A DNA stretch of 63,810 bases, counting the filler, from Perkinsus chesapeaki ATCC PRA-425 (taxonomy: Eukaryota > Protista > Perkinsozoa), in NCBI GenBank assembly GCA_013115145.1. It is 10 parts of 10 records of this genome, joined end to end, with 100 filler letters (N's around TTAATTAATTAA, not from the genome) between each part and the next. Parts side by side here need not be neighbours in the genome. Positions count along the whole stretch, not along the records: positions 1 to 19,469 come from JAAPAO010000638.1; positions 19,570 to 38,271 come from JAAPAO010000656.1; 8 more parts are not named here. One strand, written 5' to 3'. Both the position numbers and the translations under genes were made by a program. The notes under the pieces were generated by a model that worked only from the letters and a program-made list of their open reading frames with translations, made no database searches and was not told where the DNA came from. Below are positions 14,644 to 27,100 of the stretch, one piece after another (position 1 is the first letter of the stretch; each line of letters begins with the position of its first letter).

Positions 14644-14797
14644 CGAAAATTTTTATAGCCTGGAAGCCGAAAGTCCGAAACGAAAGTCGAAACCGGTGTA
14701 ACTCAGCCGAAAGCGAAACCGATCGAAACCAAGACCGTCGGTAAAAACCCGAAATCGAAATCCGAAACAGTTTCGGTTCGGTTGTCGGGGCATGCTG
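14644..14797. repeat. Cluster of 11 CGAAA motifs, probable DNA-transposon subterminal region
   Basis: CGAAA at 14644, 14668, 14676, 14681, 14688, 14708, 14714, 14724, 14750, 14756 and 14763, followed by inverted TTTCGGTTCGG. It lies about 550 bp upstream of the hATC relic. Confidence 0.55.
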
Positions 14798-17242
14798 AGA
14801 ACATTCACCGCTCCCAACATCCGTGTCCTTGATCAGATCGCCGTAATCAAGACTATTAGCCACTCCACTCTCGATCGCTATTAATGAAAGGACGTTTAGT
14901 GGATCTTGTCAACTTGTTGCTCTAAACTTAATCGTCATCAAATTTAAGGAATTGTCTCTAGCGTAAAATAGCGGCTACAATTCGAGGAGTGCAACTGTGT
15001 TCTGGGCCAGGATAGCCTCACTGTCGAGTCTGGTGGACTGAGTCCAGCAGGTGGAAGCTCGGTGGATCATAACCGCCTGAACCGCCACCAGACTCGGTTA
15101 TGAACCAGAACATAACCAGCGGTTATGACGGCCCACGGGCCGTGGGACCCTCGAATTGACGAGCATTCTGGCCAATCCTCAAGGTTGCCAGTTCTGTAAT
15201 GCGTCGCTTTAGCCCTTAAAGGGTTCGGAACCCTCAAGGTTCTTTAACAGGAACCCGGGATTCCTGTTGAAGAGGTCTGCCATAATTGTGCCACAATTAC
15301 CACAATTATTGTGGTAGTGCATAGTGGGTGACCAGGATGGGAACCCATCATGGGTTACCGAGTTGTTGAGTGGTTGTGCTCCGGAGCTAAGGCTTTGTGG
15401 CCCCCAGTAAGCCTGGTAAAGGCCGGTAACCAAGAATATTGAGCACAAGATACCTGATGTCTTGTCAGTGGCACCCTTGGAGGGATTCTCAAATAGAGTC
15501 TGAATATAGAAACGCGAGGCTCACTGTCAGCCTACTTAAGAACGATATCCGATATGCATAAATACCTTTGATTCTCCAGGTAACCTGTTTCCTGGACGGG
15601 CGTCCTCAGGACGTATTTTTTTGCTTTAACAGCGTTTCAATCGATATTCGAGATGGACAACCAAAACGGACTTTTTATTAGGAAAACTTTATCGGACAAA
15701 GCTTGTCCGATGAAATTTGTTCAGGGCCTGAACTTCAGGCGCGCGGGGACAAAAGCGGGAAGGCGCGAGGCGTATGGGTCAAAATTCCTGGCTGAAATAA
15801 CCATGGCAATTACCTCGATGGAGACGCCGAATATAACCCAAGTTCAGTTGATCGGATCCACACGTTGGAGCCCTTTTGGACAATCTCGCGAAACGGCCTG
15901 GTTTGCCGAGAACCACTCTCTGGCTCAGGGGGCGTCCCGATCGTTAGGATGGGAGGTCTAGTCGTCTTTGATGACGCTAGCGCCCAACTATTCGTAGGAC
16001 CCTCGCGAAATAGACTGACTCAACCTGAACGAGAGCGATAGCTGACGTCGGCCAGGAGAGCGACCTTCTGGGAGCACTCCTGTAGAGACTGCACTCTTAC
16101 CGTAAGGATACGATGAGTTAACCTCATCGAGTTCCAAGGAGTTAAACCTCCGGCTCTACTGAAGTCGGTTATTCGAATACGCACGAGGGATTCACAGAAG
16201 CTAGAGCCGTCAGTCGCCGGGGACACCGGCCCCTAAGGTTCACCTTTGACCTCTCGGAGGTCACTGTGCCTGACTTTGATCTCTGAATCCCTAAATGGGA
16301 AACATCGTCGTGAGCTACTGTTCGCAGCATGAAATGTTAGAAAATGTGGGCCTAAAGCCATGAAGAGAATGCCGCAGCCTGCGACATGCGGCCGCGACCT
16401 GCGGCCCGCTGGTTGTGTTCAACCGCCATCAGCTATACCGGTAGCGTACGGAGCTTCCCATTCATGTAAAGCGATCCACAATGGGGATTCGTTAAACTTA
16501 AATGCACACCTTTATCAGACGAGGCTCCAATAGCCAAGACACACAACAATAAAATACACGAGTTTCCTGTGACGTCGGGCATTTATGTTCAGACGAGGCT
16601 CGCACCCTCAAAGTCGATGTATTGAATACATCATACTTCATGATACAGAATACAGAATACATTGTAATACAATGATTGTATTCTGGCTCAACCCTATTAT
16701 ATCTTCCAATGACTATATTCTGAACATTTCGCATCCGGTAGTTCTCAAATTCCCACATGGAATGTTTTCACTTGGCTGACAACTGTAATCCATGCAAATT
16801 CTGTAAATCCAAGCAAAACTCGCAAAGCCAAGCTATAATCCTTATTCCAAGCTAAACAGAGAATACGGTTTTTAATCGTTGGTTGAACCTTAAACCAGGT
16901 AAGAGCAAGCGAGCGTAGCGAGCTTGCTAGGAGAATCGTGGATCCCTTTCGAGTCAAGAGTGGGTGCCGATTCGGTACTGCCGAAGAGGAGTAGACGCAA
17001 ACTGAGACGATCGTAACAGAGATTATGATAATTTCTATGTGGTGCGAAATCGGCACTCCCAATACAACAGTGGAACTTGAAGAAACCATGAAACCTTCGG
17101 ATTCATGTATTTACAGAGTATGGAACGTGTAAAATCAGATACCGAAGAGCGAGATGATGATCACTACCGTACTGGCTCTACGTCAAGCACTGCTAGTCGT
17201 CCGAATCACCGCCGTGACTGTCATCATCCCAGCTATCACTGT

Positions 17243-18719
17243 TCACGGCGTGAACTTCACGCTCCCACCGCCATTATCAATATGATCGCTCTCTACAGCA
17301 CTATCATTATCCCAGTTGCCACTGTCCACATCGCTACTACTGTCAGTACGATGGGCGCTTGTTGCAGAGCTATCGTCATCCCACTCATCACTACTGTCTC
17401 TTCGCTCATCATTATCCGTGAGGTTTATATTGTTGTAGCAATCATCGTGCTCACTGCTTGGTGCGGACGGATGTTCGGAACAGGGAACATCACGTTCGCT
17501 GCCTTCGCTCGAATGGCTCGTAACACTTTCAGCATCTGACTCGTCACCGGAGGATAAACTCACTGAGTCATCGGATCCATCGTGACTGGCAATGTCAGTT
17601 TCACTCCATACTGACAAAAAGTTTTTGTCAAAAACTGTACAGGAAGAACAACGATATCATAACACGATTACCTTCATCCAGGTAGTCGGCTGGCTCGGAA
17701 TTAGCATTCTTCGTTGGAGGAGCATCTGAATGGCATTCAATGGGTTGGCTGCTACAAGAGGGAGCCTGCAACAGGCTGTGGCTCGTAACAATTACCGGGA
17801 GCAGAAACTGCCGAATTATGCCTCGAGAGAGCGGGAATAGGTCTCTCAGTGGGACGCCCACGCCGCACGCCGGGCAAGCGGCGCCTTCTCGGTATGTATC
17901 TGAGAGTGGTCGGAGCTCCAAACTTGCACAGCGGACGCGCGGGGAAGTTCTCCACGTGAAATAGATCCGTGACGGATCATCCGTCAAGGGTCTAACTACC
18001 GAGCTAGTCGCAACTTGTGGCCAACTAGTGCTGGCCTGTGACTCACAAGCCAGTACTACTGTGCCCGTTGTCATAAACGACTTACGCCACAAACGTACCT
18101 TGGCTCAGTTCTAAGCAACACTTCTACTGCATAACCGTGTGCGCAGAACCCCCAGTCTCGGGATTCCTTGCACGTGCAACTGACATCACTAGCACCGTTG
18201 ACAACCGACGTAGATCCTCTCTGTGGTGAACGTTTCCGGAAAGTTACAAGGTAAAAGCAGTAGTAATGCTCCATGAGTTGCCGAAGAGAGAGCGACTCAC
18301 CTGACAATTGCATTTCACCAGACTCTGGTGAGTAGAGGGAGCGACGAGCATAGAGTTTCTAACTCGACTTACTGTCCGGGATCTCGTCCAGGAAAATGGC
18401 GCCAAGGTTATCGTCAGCAGCTGCATCGCTCGTAACGTTAGTAACGTTACGTTACGAAGACGCTGTGGCAAACGGTGATTATCGACAAGAAAGTACTGCG
18501 CCTCAATATTCTCTGTAACGAGCTTGCAGGACGCTAGCGCATCCTTGTCGCTGTACCAATCCTCTGTAGCACACAATGGGTCTGTCCCGATGGGAGAAGA
18601 TAGGAGCTAAGCTAAGACTATGAAGATGATGCAGCTCTATCGAGTAATTCCTGGCTCATTACTAGGCATTCCTTCCCTATTTCATCCAGTGTAGTGTTGT
18701 CTCAATTAGCAAATCACTA
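17243..18719 (-). mobile_element. Multi-exon SWIM zinc-finger gene or relic, MULE-like
   Basis: SWIM motif CTCKESRDWGFCAH (CxCx(n)CxH) at about 18137-18178. Downstream are a CPACG exon and a Ser/Asp-rich acidic exon. 196 bp are shared with contig E. Confidence 0.55.
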
Positions 18720-19469
18720 CCAAGCTCTTGAACCAGCCCTGTTACCTACAAACGTGTCACCATTCCGGCAGTAGGCAGTATGTGGTTGAAAATATATTAA
18801 TAAAAATAAATATAAATTTATATTCCAAGACCGCTTCGTTGGCTCCTTAATAACATACTTCGTGCACACAACCACGGTCATGAAGTTTTATTCCTCTAGC
18901 TTTAGTTTCGTGATCATAACCACGGCTCTCGTTGATTGTAGCAGGTCTCTTAACGAAGTGCTGAGGGCTCGATTTAGTGATGGTACTTATGACCTGGAAA
19001 GCGCAATCTTCCCATCTCATCTCCCCTGATGATTACCTGTTGGATCCTAGCAGCGAACGCGGATATGCTTCACGAATATATCTTCATATATCTCAAGCTC
19101 TTTAAACTTCACCAACTCCGGGAGGCTCAAGCACTAGTCGAAAGTGCATGCCGTCCTGATTACAACGGTGCCTTGGATGATGTCAGATTCGATCAGGTTG
19201 CGGAGAAATGCGAGATTAAGGTTCGATAATTTATGTTGGGCCGCCAGAAATTTTCTAAGATTCTAATCTCTCAGGGGATAGGGCCCGTGCGCAGGTGAAT
19301 CGTATACCAATGGAAAGAGCAACAAATTTCTGATCCAGTGCTACCATTTTCATCCTCAGACTCGATCTACATCACATTCAGATCGGCGCTGGACATTGCA
19401 AGCAAAATTGCTATGTCGCCTGTACATTGTATTAATACTGTGACTAATAGTGTATCTGCGCAGACAATA

Positions 19470-19569
19470 NNNNNNNNNNNNNNNNNNNNNNNNNNNNNNN
19501 NNNNNNNNNNNNNTTAATTAATTAANNNNNNNNNNNNNNNNNNNNNNNNNNNNNNNNNNNNNNNNNNNN
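19470..19569. other. Artificial contig linker
   Basis: 44 N + TTAATTAATTAA (stops in all six frames) + 44 N. Confidence 0.99.
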
Positions 19570-19754
19570 ACAGTTCTTTCCCATCTATCAGTTCTCTTCT
19601 ATCGTTACAGTTCTTTCCCATCTATCAGTTCTCTTCTATCGTTTCAGTTCTTTCCCATCTATCAGTTCTCTTCTATCGTTACAGTTCTTTCCCATCTACC
19701 AGTTCTCTTCTATCGTATCAGTTCTTTCCCATCTATCAGTTCTCTTCTATCGTA
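19570..19754. repeat. Tandem repeat, 37-bp unit x5, running into the contig edge
   Basis: Unit (A/T)CAGTTCTTTCCCATCTATCAGTTCTCTTCTATCGT(T/A), built from two related CAGTTCT...CTAT half-units. Confidence 0.95.
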
Positions 19755-20787
19755 TCAGTTGTTGTTGTTGTTATATCGCTTATCACCACCTCTGTTTATT
19801 GGTATTATATTCCTGCACATTTCATCATAGATATCATTAAAGGGTTTCCCTCTCACAGGGATATGCTGGCGCCGATTCAGGTTATACGACTCCAGCCGTT
19901 TTACGGCCAATAAGACATGGACGAACGCAGAGGCTTGAAGGAACGAAGGGCAGCGGCGATGGCAAAGATGGAAGGACGAGAAGGACGGCGTGGGTTCGAT
20001 CCCGGCACCTGTCACATTAAAGAACTCCCCTTCGAGGGCGCGCCATGACCATGGTATTGTTGATGTTGTTTAGTTGTTATCCTCTTATATTAGTTCATTG
20101 TGTTGATAGTTTGTTTGTTAATTATCGCGCGAGGCGAAATTAATTGAATTGGTTTCGATGGAATTGAGAATCGATAGTTGTTGACTTAAATATTAGATAT
20201 TTAATAATGTCGTATGCCGGGATCGAACTCGAGTAGATCAAATGCATCTCGAGACAGATTCAGATTGAGACCTGCTCAGCTGCTGCCTTCCGAACCTCAA
20301 ACGGAAAGACTGCAACATATAGTTAGTTTCGTGGCGCGTGACAAACTGTACGGTGCATCAGATACCTGGGCCGCCTAGTCGAGGTCCGTGTAGGCATTTC
20401 CCTACTGAGGAGCGCTCTATTGGTGAACATGGGGATGACGCTCTGGTGAAAAGGCGAAGATAGAAATATTTTTTCTCGACCAGCGGGGCGAAATGTTCCA
20501 GGCCTCTTTGGCTTTTCTAGGCTGTCCTTGAAAAATGCCAGTACCAAATTATTCATCTTCATTTCTATTTCTCGTTTAGAATGAAGAATGATAAAATATT
20601 TAATGTGTATTATTTACCTTATATTATTCATGTTACACAAGATGATAACTTAATGCATCCCATTGAGTGTTTGGATTCGGTCCGGTAGGAAAACGGCCCT
20701 GCGGAACCGAATTGTGTCAATTGTAATGTCGTCAGAAAAATAATGAAATACCTTTCAAGTGTCTGTTCTTTCTTGAAGTTCCTCTAG

Positions 20788-21120
20788 AGGGAGACGATAA
20801 CACGAGATTGCTTCAACGACAGCTGGAGTGTCAACGCAGACGAGTTGAAGATATGGCCGATGTGTTGCGCTACTCGAGAGAGGAACGAGAAAGGCTGAAA
20901 AATGAGGTAAGTCAGTAGCGGTATTTTTCTGACACCTCTAGCTTTTCAGATCCTGTTGGTGAGCAGTAATTTGAGTGATTCTCACACTCTCTTAGATGAG
21001 CATGCTGCTGTTAAGGAGAGGCTCACCAATGAACTGTAAGTTGCCGAGGCATTCAGACTAGTGCTTACCGGGACGATCTAAAAAGCTAGAGGTGTCAGAA
21101 AAGCACCGCAACAGGCTCAG
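20788..21120 (+). CDS. Exons of a hypothetical coiled-coil protein (partial)
   Basis: An AG/GT-bounded exon encodes GDDNTRLLQRQLECQRRRVEDMADVLRYSREERERLKNE, followed by DEHAAVKERLTNEL. Confidence 0.4.
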
Positions 21121-24100
21121 TTGACTTCTTTTAACTCCTTAATTCCTCCTCCTTCTCCTCTCTCGGGGATGCTCCTACCGAGCTGAAATATCTTGAGCTA
21201 CCACTCTTAATGTTCATTAAATCAATTCTGGGATTCAGAATAGATTCTAACATCGCATTTTACAGTATGTGTAAAAAGCAGTTCCGCCGGAGTCGATTCT
21301 GGAGTTCAAAATCGGTTCCTTGAACAACGCCGTTAACTCTTGGACTCTTCTCAAACTCATTAGTCCGCCGGTGAGATCTCATCGGGGAGGAAGTGGACTG
21401 AAATTGGCGCATGGGGCGCGACGCACGTTTGATAGACTTTAACAATAGAAATAAGAGTAAAATGTAAATAATTAACTCGAAGGGATTCTACAACAACCAC
21501 AGACGGCTCGACAAATTGGCTTTATGCGATACCTGGGTCAAGGTGGTGGTTGGCTTACATTTCCAAAGACCTCCGTAGAAATGCTTAAAATATTTTCTGA
21601 TCGCTCGAGATTCCAGCTTCGTTGGTGTTATAAGTAGCTTTGTCCCGTCTTTGGGTATACCGCTGCCATCCCCATGGACCACTTGAGATGAGCGGCATGA
21701 TGTGTTAGGAGGAGCAATACGGCAATGAAAAACAAATACGCATTTAACCAAGGGAAGTATCTTACTAGGCCTTAGTATATACTATTTACTATTGATGACT
21801 AAATTCAAATTAGTCACTTGAACTAAATCTAAAACCTTACATAGTCTTATCAGGACCGTTTGTCGCCGTGATTTGCACCATATCTGTTTGGGTGTTATTG
21901 ATGTTGGTTGTAATATACCCCAAGTTGCCGAGTGGAAGAGTGATGGAGGGCACCACTTGGTAAGCATTTGTTACCAGGAAGCGGTAACTGTATTCCTTGG
22001 TATGGCACGACCGCAAGTAGTTCGTAAGGACATAAGTGTCGGGAAACGTCTGAAGTTCGTTTAACCAACGTGGATAGGTAAATCGATTAACCGTTTCATA
22101 TTCTGGAGTTGTGGAAGAAATTCGAGGGAGTAGGTGAAGATTCGCCGCCGATGAGATAACTTTCTGTTATATTTCCTAAAAATTCGTCCAGTCCGGAAGC
22201 CCGCGGTTTCGATCTCGAAGATTGAGGAATTGTTTTTGGCAGATACTGCTGGATAAAGCGAAGAAAGAATTGTCTAGAATGAGCGGAGCGTTGCAACGCA
22301 CACCGATCCGTCATCCTGCTATAGTTGTGGGAGAGGTGGGTAAATCGATCACGTGATCGATTGTCATTTCAGTACATGATGGCGACATGGGAGAATTTCG
22401 GAAACCGTGAAAAACTTACTGAGGAAACCCGATAGTTACGCGGAAACTTTTTTCCCAAAAATTTTCGCGTGAAAATGAAGCGTCTCCAACGTATGGGAAG
22501 GTGAACGGATGGACAGATAACAAAAACATAGGACATGACATTGGCACAACCATGCGATCCCTGCATGGTCCGGGAAATAGGACTACACTGTCATAGTATA
22601 CGTCCTGCTCTCATCAACGTCAACAACGACAACAGCAATAACAACGTTCGCTGTAGGTTGTTGAAGGAATTCTGAGAAGGCTGTTGAGTTCGGTGATGAA
22701 AGGATGGAGAGGGTTTATTAGAGCAAGCAATGAAGGCAGAAATATGACCGTTAAAAGGTGGGAGAGGAATGGGGTAATTCCGCAGCTGGAAATTAATGTT
22801 ACGACTAAGAGTATACATGTAGTGGCTAAAGATGAGTTATTGAGATTATCAATTTGAGAACTCTATGGAGGATCTTAGCTGGTCGAAATGTGTGTGATGC
22901 AGCCCTTTGGAGGCTCAGAAGAGTATCGATTGGTATTAAAGTTGATCCTAGAATGCGGGAATAGTGCATACGTACATGTCACGATCATATGTGATGTGTG
23001 CAAACGGGCATGTCTGGGGGTCTACTACAGAAGTATGGCTGCTAAATGTGGATTAGAACTTACTATTTAGGTCCCGCACAAGTTTTGGTAAAATTGTGTG
23101 AGGGGGCGGTGGTGTGTGCGTATCGTGTGTAAAGTATAGACTTAGTAACATGTTCATGGCAATAAATAGATATTGATGACTCTAGTAGGGAATAGTAGGA
23201 TGGAAATAATGAATTTGGAAGTGTGAAGATATTATAAACTTTATCTTCGATTATTACGATCATGCTGTGTTCCAAGCTTCATTTTTCTTATTCTTGAAAT
23301 CAATGAATTTTATACGTACTTGCATAACGGTTTAGTTCGCGCTGTGGAGATCTTGTAGCCAGTGTAGTTGAGAGAGTTTCAGAGATATTGTGATGAGTAA
23401 TAATAAGCAGGCATCAGTTCTGGACCTTGCTTCTCCTATGTACGTACATGTTCGGAAAAGTCCGCCTTCCGAGATCGAAACGAATTTCTCGAGTAGCAGC
23501 ATGAATCCTTCCGAGGTGTGCGAGTAGATCTCCATGGGATACTTTTCTCACCAATCCTTTCCTTGTGGAGCCCTTCGACCCGCTGCTGATAATAGCCATT
23601 ATAGGGGTATCGCTGCGGGCTCAGCTAGTTGTCGTAGCCCCCTGAGTCACGGTAAAATTCCAAGTATACATGTTACCATGACTTCCCTTACCAATCATAA
23701 TGTTCGTTCATCAGTTTCCTTCTCTGGCGTATTTATTCGACATCCCGCAAGGCAGCTAAGAATACAGTAGCATCTAGATTCGCTTATGGTTTGCTGCATA
23801 AACGAAATGCATTTTATCGATGGCGGCTTTGGCGACGATATATCCGGGAGGTGAGCAAGGCGTTATAATCTTTTGTCGAGGATGAACTCGCCAGATGGTT
23901 GATAACATCAATTTCATACTTCTTGAATCGTTTTTAGAGCTGTCCCATGAACCAAGCTCCTCTGGACTTCTGATATTGCCAGATGATCCATTCGATATAT
24001 GCTTACTGTAGGGGATCTTTCTGATCCCAGAATCATTTCCTCTGCTTATAATTTTCGTGGTGTCATCTGCTGCTCACCTTTACACTGCGTATTGTCCACT

Positions 24101-24155
24101 GACCCACGGCTGTATTGACGTTTTGTATTGCCATTCATTTTTCATCTTTTGGCAG

Positions 24156-27100
24156 GTTCTGTCAATGTGGACATCACAACGGCTTTTAAGGGTTCAGAGG
24201 CAATGCCTAATTTCGTGGCGCACGTTTGTGTCAAGTATCCGAGCTCGAAGAGAGAAATATAGGAAACAGGTGAGGTTGAATTTGTACTTGGACAGAAATG
24301 CTGAAATCACCGCGCGCCACTTAACTCTTGCGAGGACTCGTACTGGTGCCCTTAGATATCCCGAATCTTTATTTCGTGGCGCGCGGTCAAATCGGCGAGT
24401 GAAGACATCCGATGTCAATATGAAAGGATACTAGTAGGTCCATTGTTGAGATTTATGGAAAGATTTTTCGTGGTCGAATTGGAAAGATATTTTTGAGGTT
24501 GATTTGCGTACAAGTGGAGGAATTCATTATAATTGTACTTTTCGCAGCATTCTACTTTGGCCCGTCGAGATAACGAGGAGATGCTTAAACTGACCTTCTC
24601 AATTTGGTGGACGACAAGCAGATTGCAGCGCCGCACGGTGGCTGCTAAAAGATCTGTTGAAGTTATGAGGTGAGTGAATCTCAAGGAAAACCATATCGAT
24701 CACGTGATCGATTTACTCTGCAAGCTTATGATAAGGTACATCGCAGTTCAGAGTGCATTCGTCCAATGGCGTCGATGTCTCGTGATGGCCGCTAATAGGC
24801 GAACTGCAGCTCTTGGCGCCGCAAGTGTCATGGAGGAACATAGACTGAAGAGGCTCCGGATGGCAGGTGACGAATATCGATCACCTGATCGATTTGACAT
24901 AGCTCAGCCTCTAAGTGGTTGGTCTGAGCATTCATATTTGACTACATTTGTCGCTAATTTCTCAATGACTTGAACAAGTTCTAGAAAAGAACTGATGGAA
25001 AATTCCAACTCATTTGAAATGTGCAAATTACTACTATATTATTATCATTTTCTATTCTGACAGCTGACACACTCTCCTCCGCCTCGCTCAGTTATACAAC
25101 GGTCGTAAATACGCTTTCCAATGCTGGAAAAAATCCAAATTTTCTGGAAATTTTGGGCGATTAGATGCCTGTATTCCAGTACTGGCTGCTCGGTATTATC
25201 CAGTTGGCCCAAATAAATCCTTGATCGTCTTTTTTAGTCTGCGTTCTTCGTGATGGACATCGCCGTTGTGATACCAATGAGCGGATCGGAAAAGTAAGCA
25301 TTTCTGAGCAACTTTGTCAAGATGGTCGTCGCCGTCGGGAAAAACAGATTGCTGGTATGGTAGTACCGTATAGCACACTTGACAATACCAAGATTTACTT
25401 TATTATCAAAATCACCCTCAGACACGCAGATGCTTGTATCTGTTATTGATGCAGGCATTAGCCTTGTCAGCAGCTACACATAGAAAACTATCACCTGCTT
25501 ACCGATTCGATGCGAGAGTAATCTTCACATTTTGGCGGAGCGAAGCACAGAAAACAACCGAAAAAGCAAGGAATTGGCCAGCCAAGTCTAAATCGATCGT
25601 CTAATCGATTAGTTACGTTGGTTACTATCACAGTGGCGGCGTGGTGGTGGTAGAGTAGTCCGGTGTAGTGCTGAGGATCGATGCCGACGATTCCTCATCG
25701 AGTGGAGGTGAGGGAATCTCCGAATGGCTGCCGTCTTCAAGCTCTCTCCGATTATTAGGGATTCACTATTACATATATTTACCTTCCTTCTGCTACGTAA
25801 CTTGAGTACTTTATAGTGTTATGATAATGTAACGATTGATCGATTTGGTGTATGTTAACATTGGACTGCTCACTAATACAAATTGCTTTATAAGATTCAC
25901 AGTGAAATTCCTCTCCCGCGAAAAATTCAGCGCATTTGCCTGAACTACATTTGATAACTATTTTAATCTTCTTTTTTCCATGAATGATCTCTACCAATTA
26001 ATACTACTGTTTTTAATGAACGTATTTGCCCTGCCACGGCCGTTCCTATCGTTGATGTCCCGAAACCGAAGTTGCTTGAATTTGAGGAGTCGGTTCCCAC
26101 CAGGCACGTGACGCGAGTTGCCAGAGCGCAGCGGATGGTTGGGAAGATATCTGTGGGACTAGTAAGTGACGAAGAATGTCGTGAAAATCGACCAAAAAAA
26201 TATTAACATGCCACGAAGAACTTGCGGAAAGTTGGCTGCGTAATTTTGCGGAGATTTGCGAAATTCCGAGGATTTCCGGTGATTTTGCAGAAATGTGTAG
26301 CACACAACTGCCTGTGGCATTTTCCGCGGTTTCAGATTCATATGAAGGAGTCAGTGGTAGGCAGTTGTTTTAATAAATGGTTGGCAAGCTGGAAGATGAG
26401 ACAGAAAATGCAGGAATTGCTTGACGGCAATCTGAAAAGAAAAGTAAGCGCTTTTCCCACCTATTCGTTTTATTCGTCTTTATATTTTTCATTCTCGAAA
26501 AGAATTGATTGTCCTAAATATTCATAATGATTATGCTCATGAGTTACTCGCATAATAAACCCCCTTTACAAAACTCAATGACCTACCGATCGTCATACAA
26601 TGCTGACTTTCCATTAGTTTAGTCTTTGAAGTATTCTAATTCCAATACAAAGGTGAGCCGGAGACGGGGCTGAAATGGGATTTAATGAACTAAATTTTTT
26701 CCGACGGATTTGAGTTCTCCAATGTTTTAGGATCTTGAAACTGTATAGCTTACCGTGTGGGGTGACTGCGAACGAAAAATGCAGCACGTCTAAAATTTGC
26801 GCACTTTTTGCGCGCAAAATGGGGGTCGCAGGGACGAATCCCGGCCAAGACATTTTTAAAAAGTCGTCCAAAACCGGGTGTATTGACAACTCAGAGGCTA
26901 CTACATATCAAGAAGCAACTGTGAGATGTTATAAAAATTATTAATAATCATGCCAGCTATGCATATCTCATAGCCATTTATATTATGCCATTATTGAACG
27001 GCAGTTACACCTAATTTCCTATATAACTACTTCTTCCATTATCCTTGTATTAATAAGCCAGCACGCCATGGTTTTAGGAATTTATGATGCCTTGTCGTCG

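Noticed and set aside
13668-14797. Complete hAT element bounded by CAGGGTGG and CAGCATGC ends
   Set aside because: The two ends share only CAG and no 8-bp TSD is visible.
17970-18451. Short palindromes TGACGGAT-C-ATCCGTCA, CGTAACGTTA-G-TAACGTTACG, and GGCTATAA-G-TTATAGCC at 50378-50394
   Set aside because: They are isolated, with 8-10-bp arms partly built from low-complexity repeats, and nothing else supports a function.
19570-19754. CRISPR-like appearance of the 37-bp and 27-bp arrays
   Set aside because: The units are directly tandem with no unique spacers, and the context is eukaryotic.
19757-20232. Complete SINE from the tRNA-like fragment at 20232 to the (AAC)n run at 19757
   Set aside because: There is no clear A-box, no TSD and no similarity to the LINE 3' UTR.
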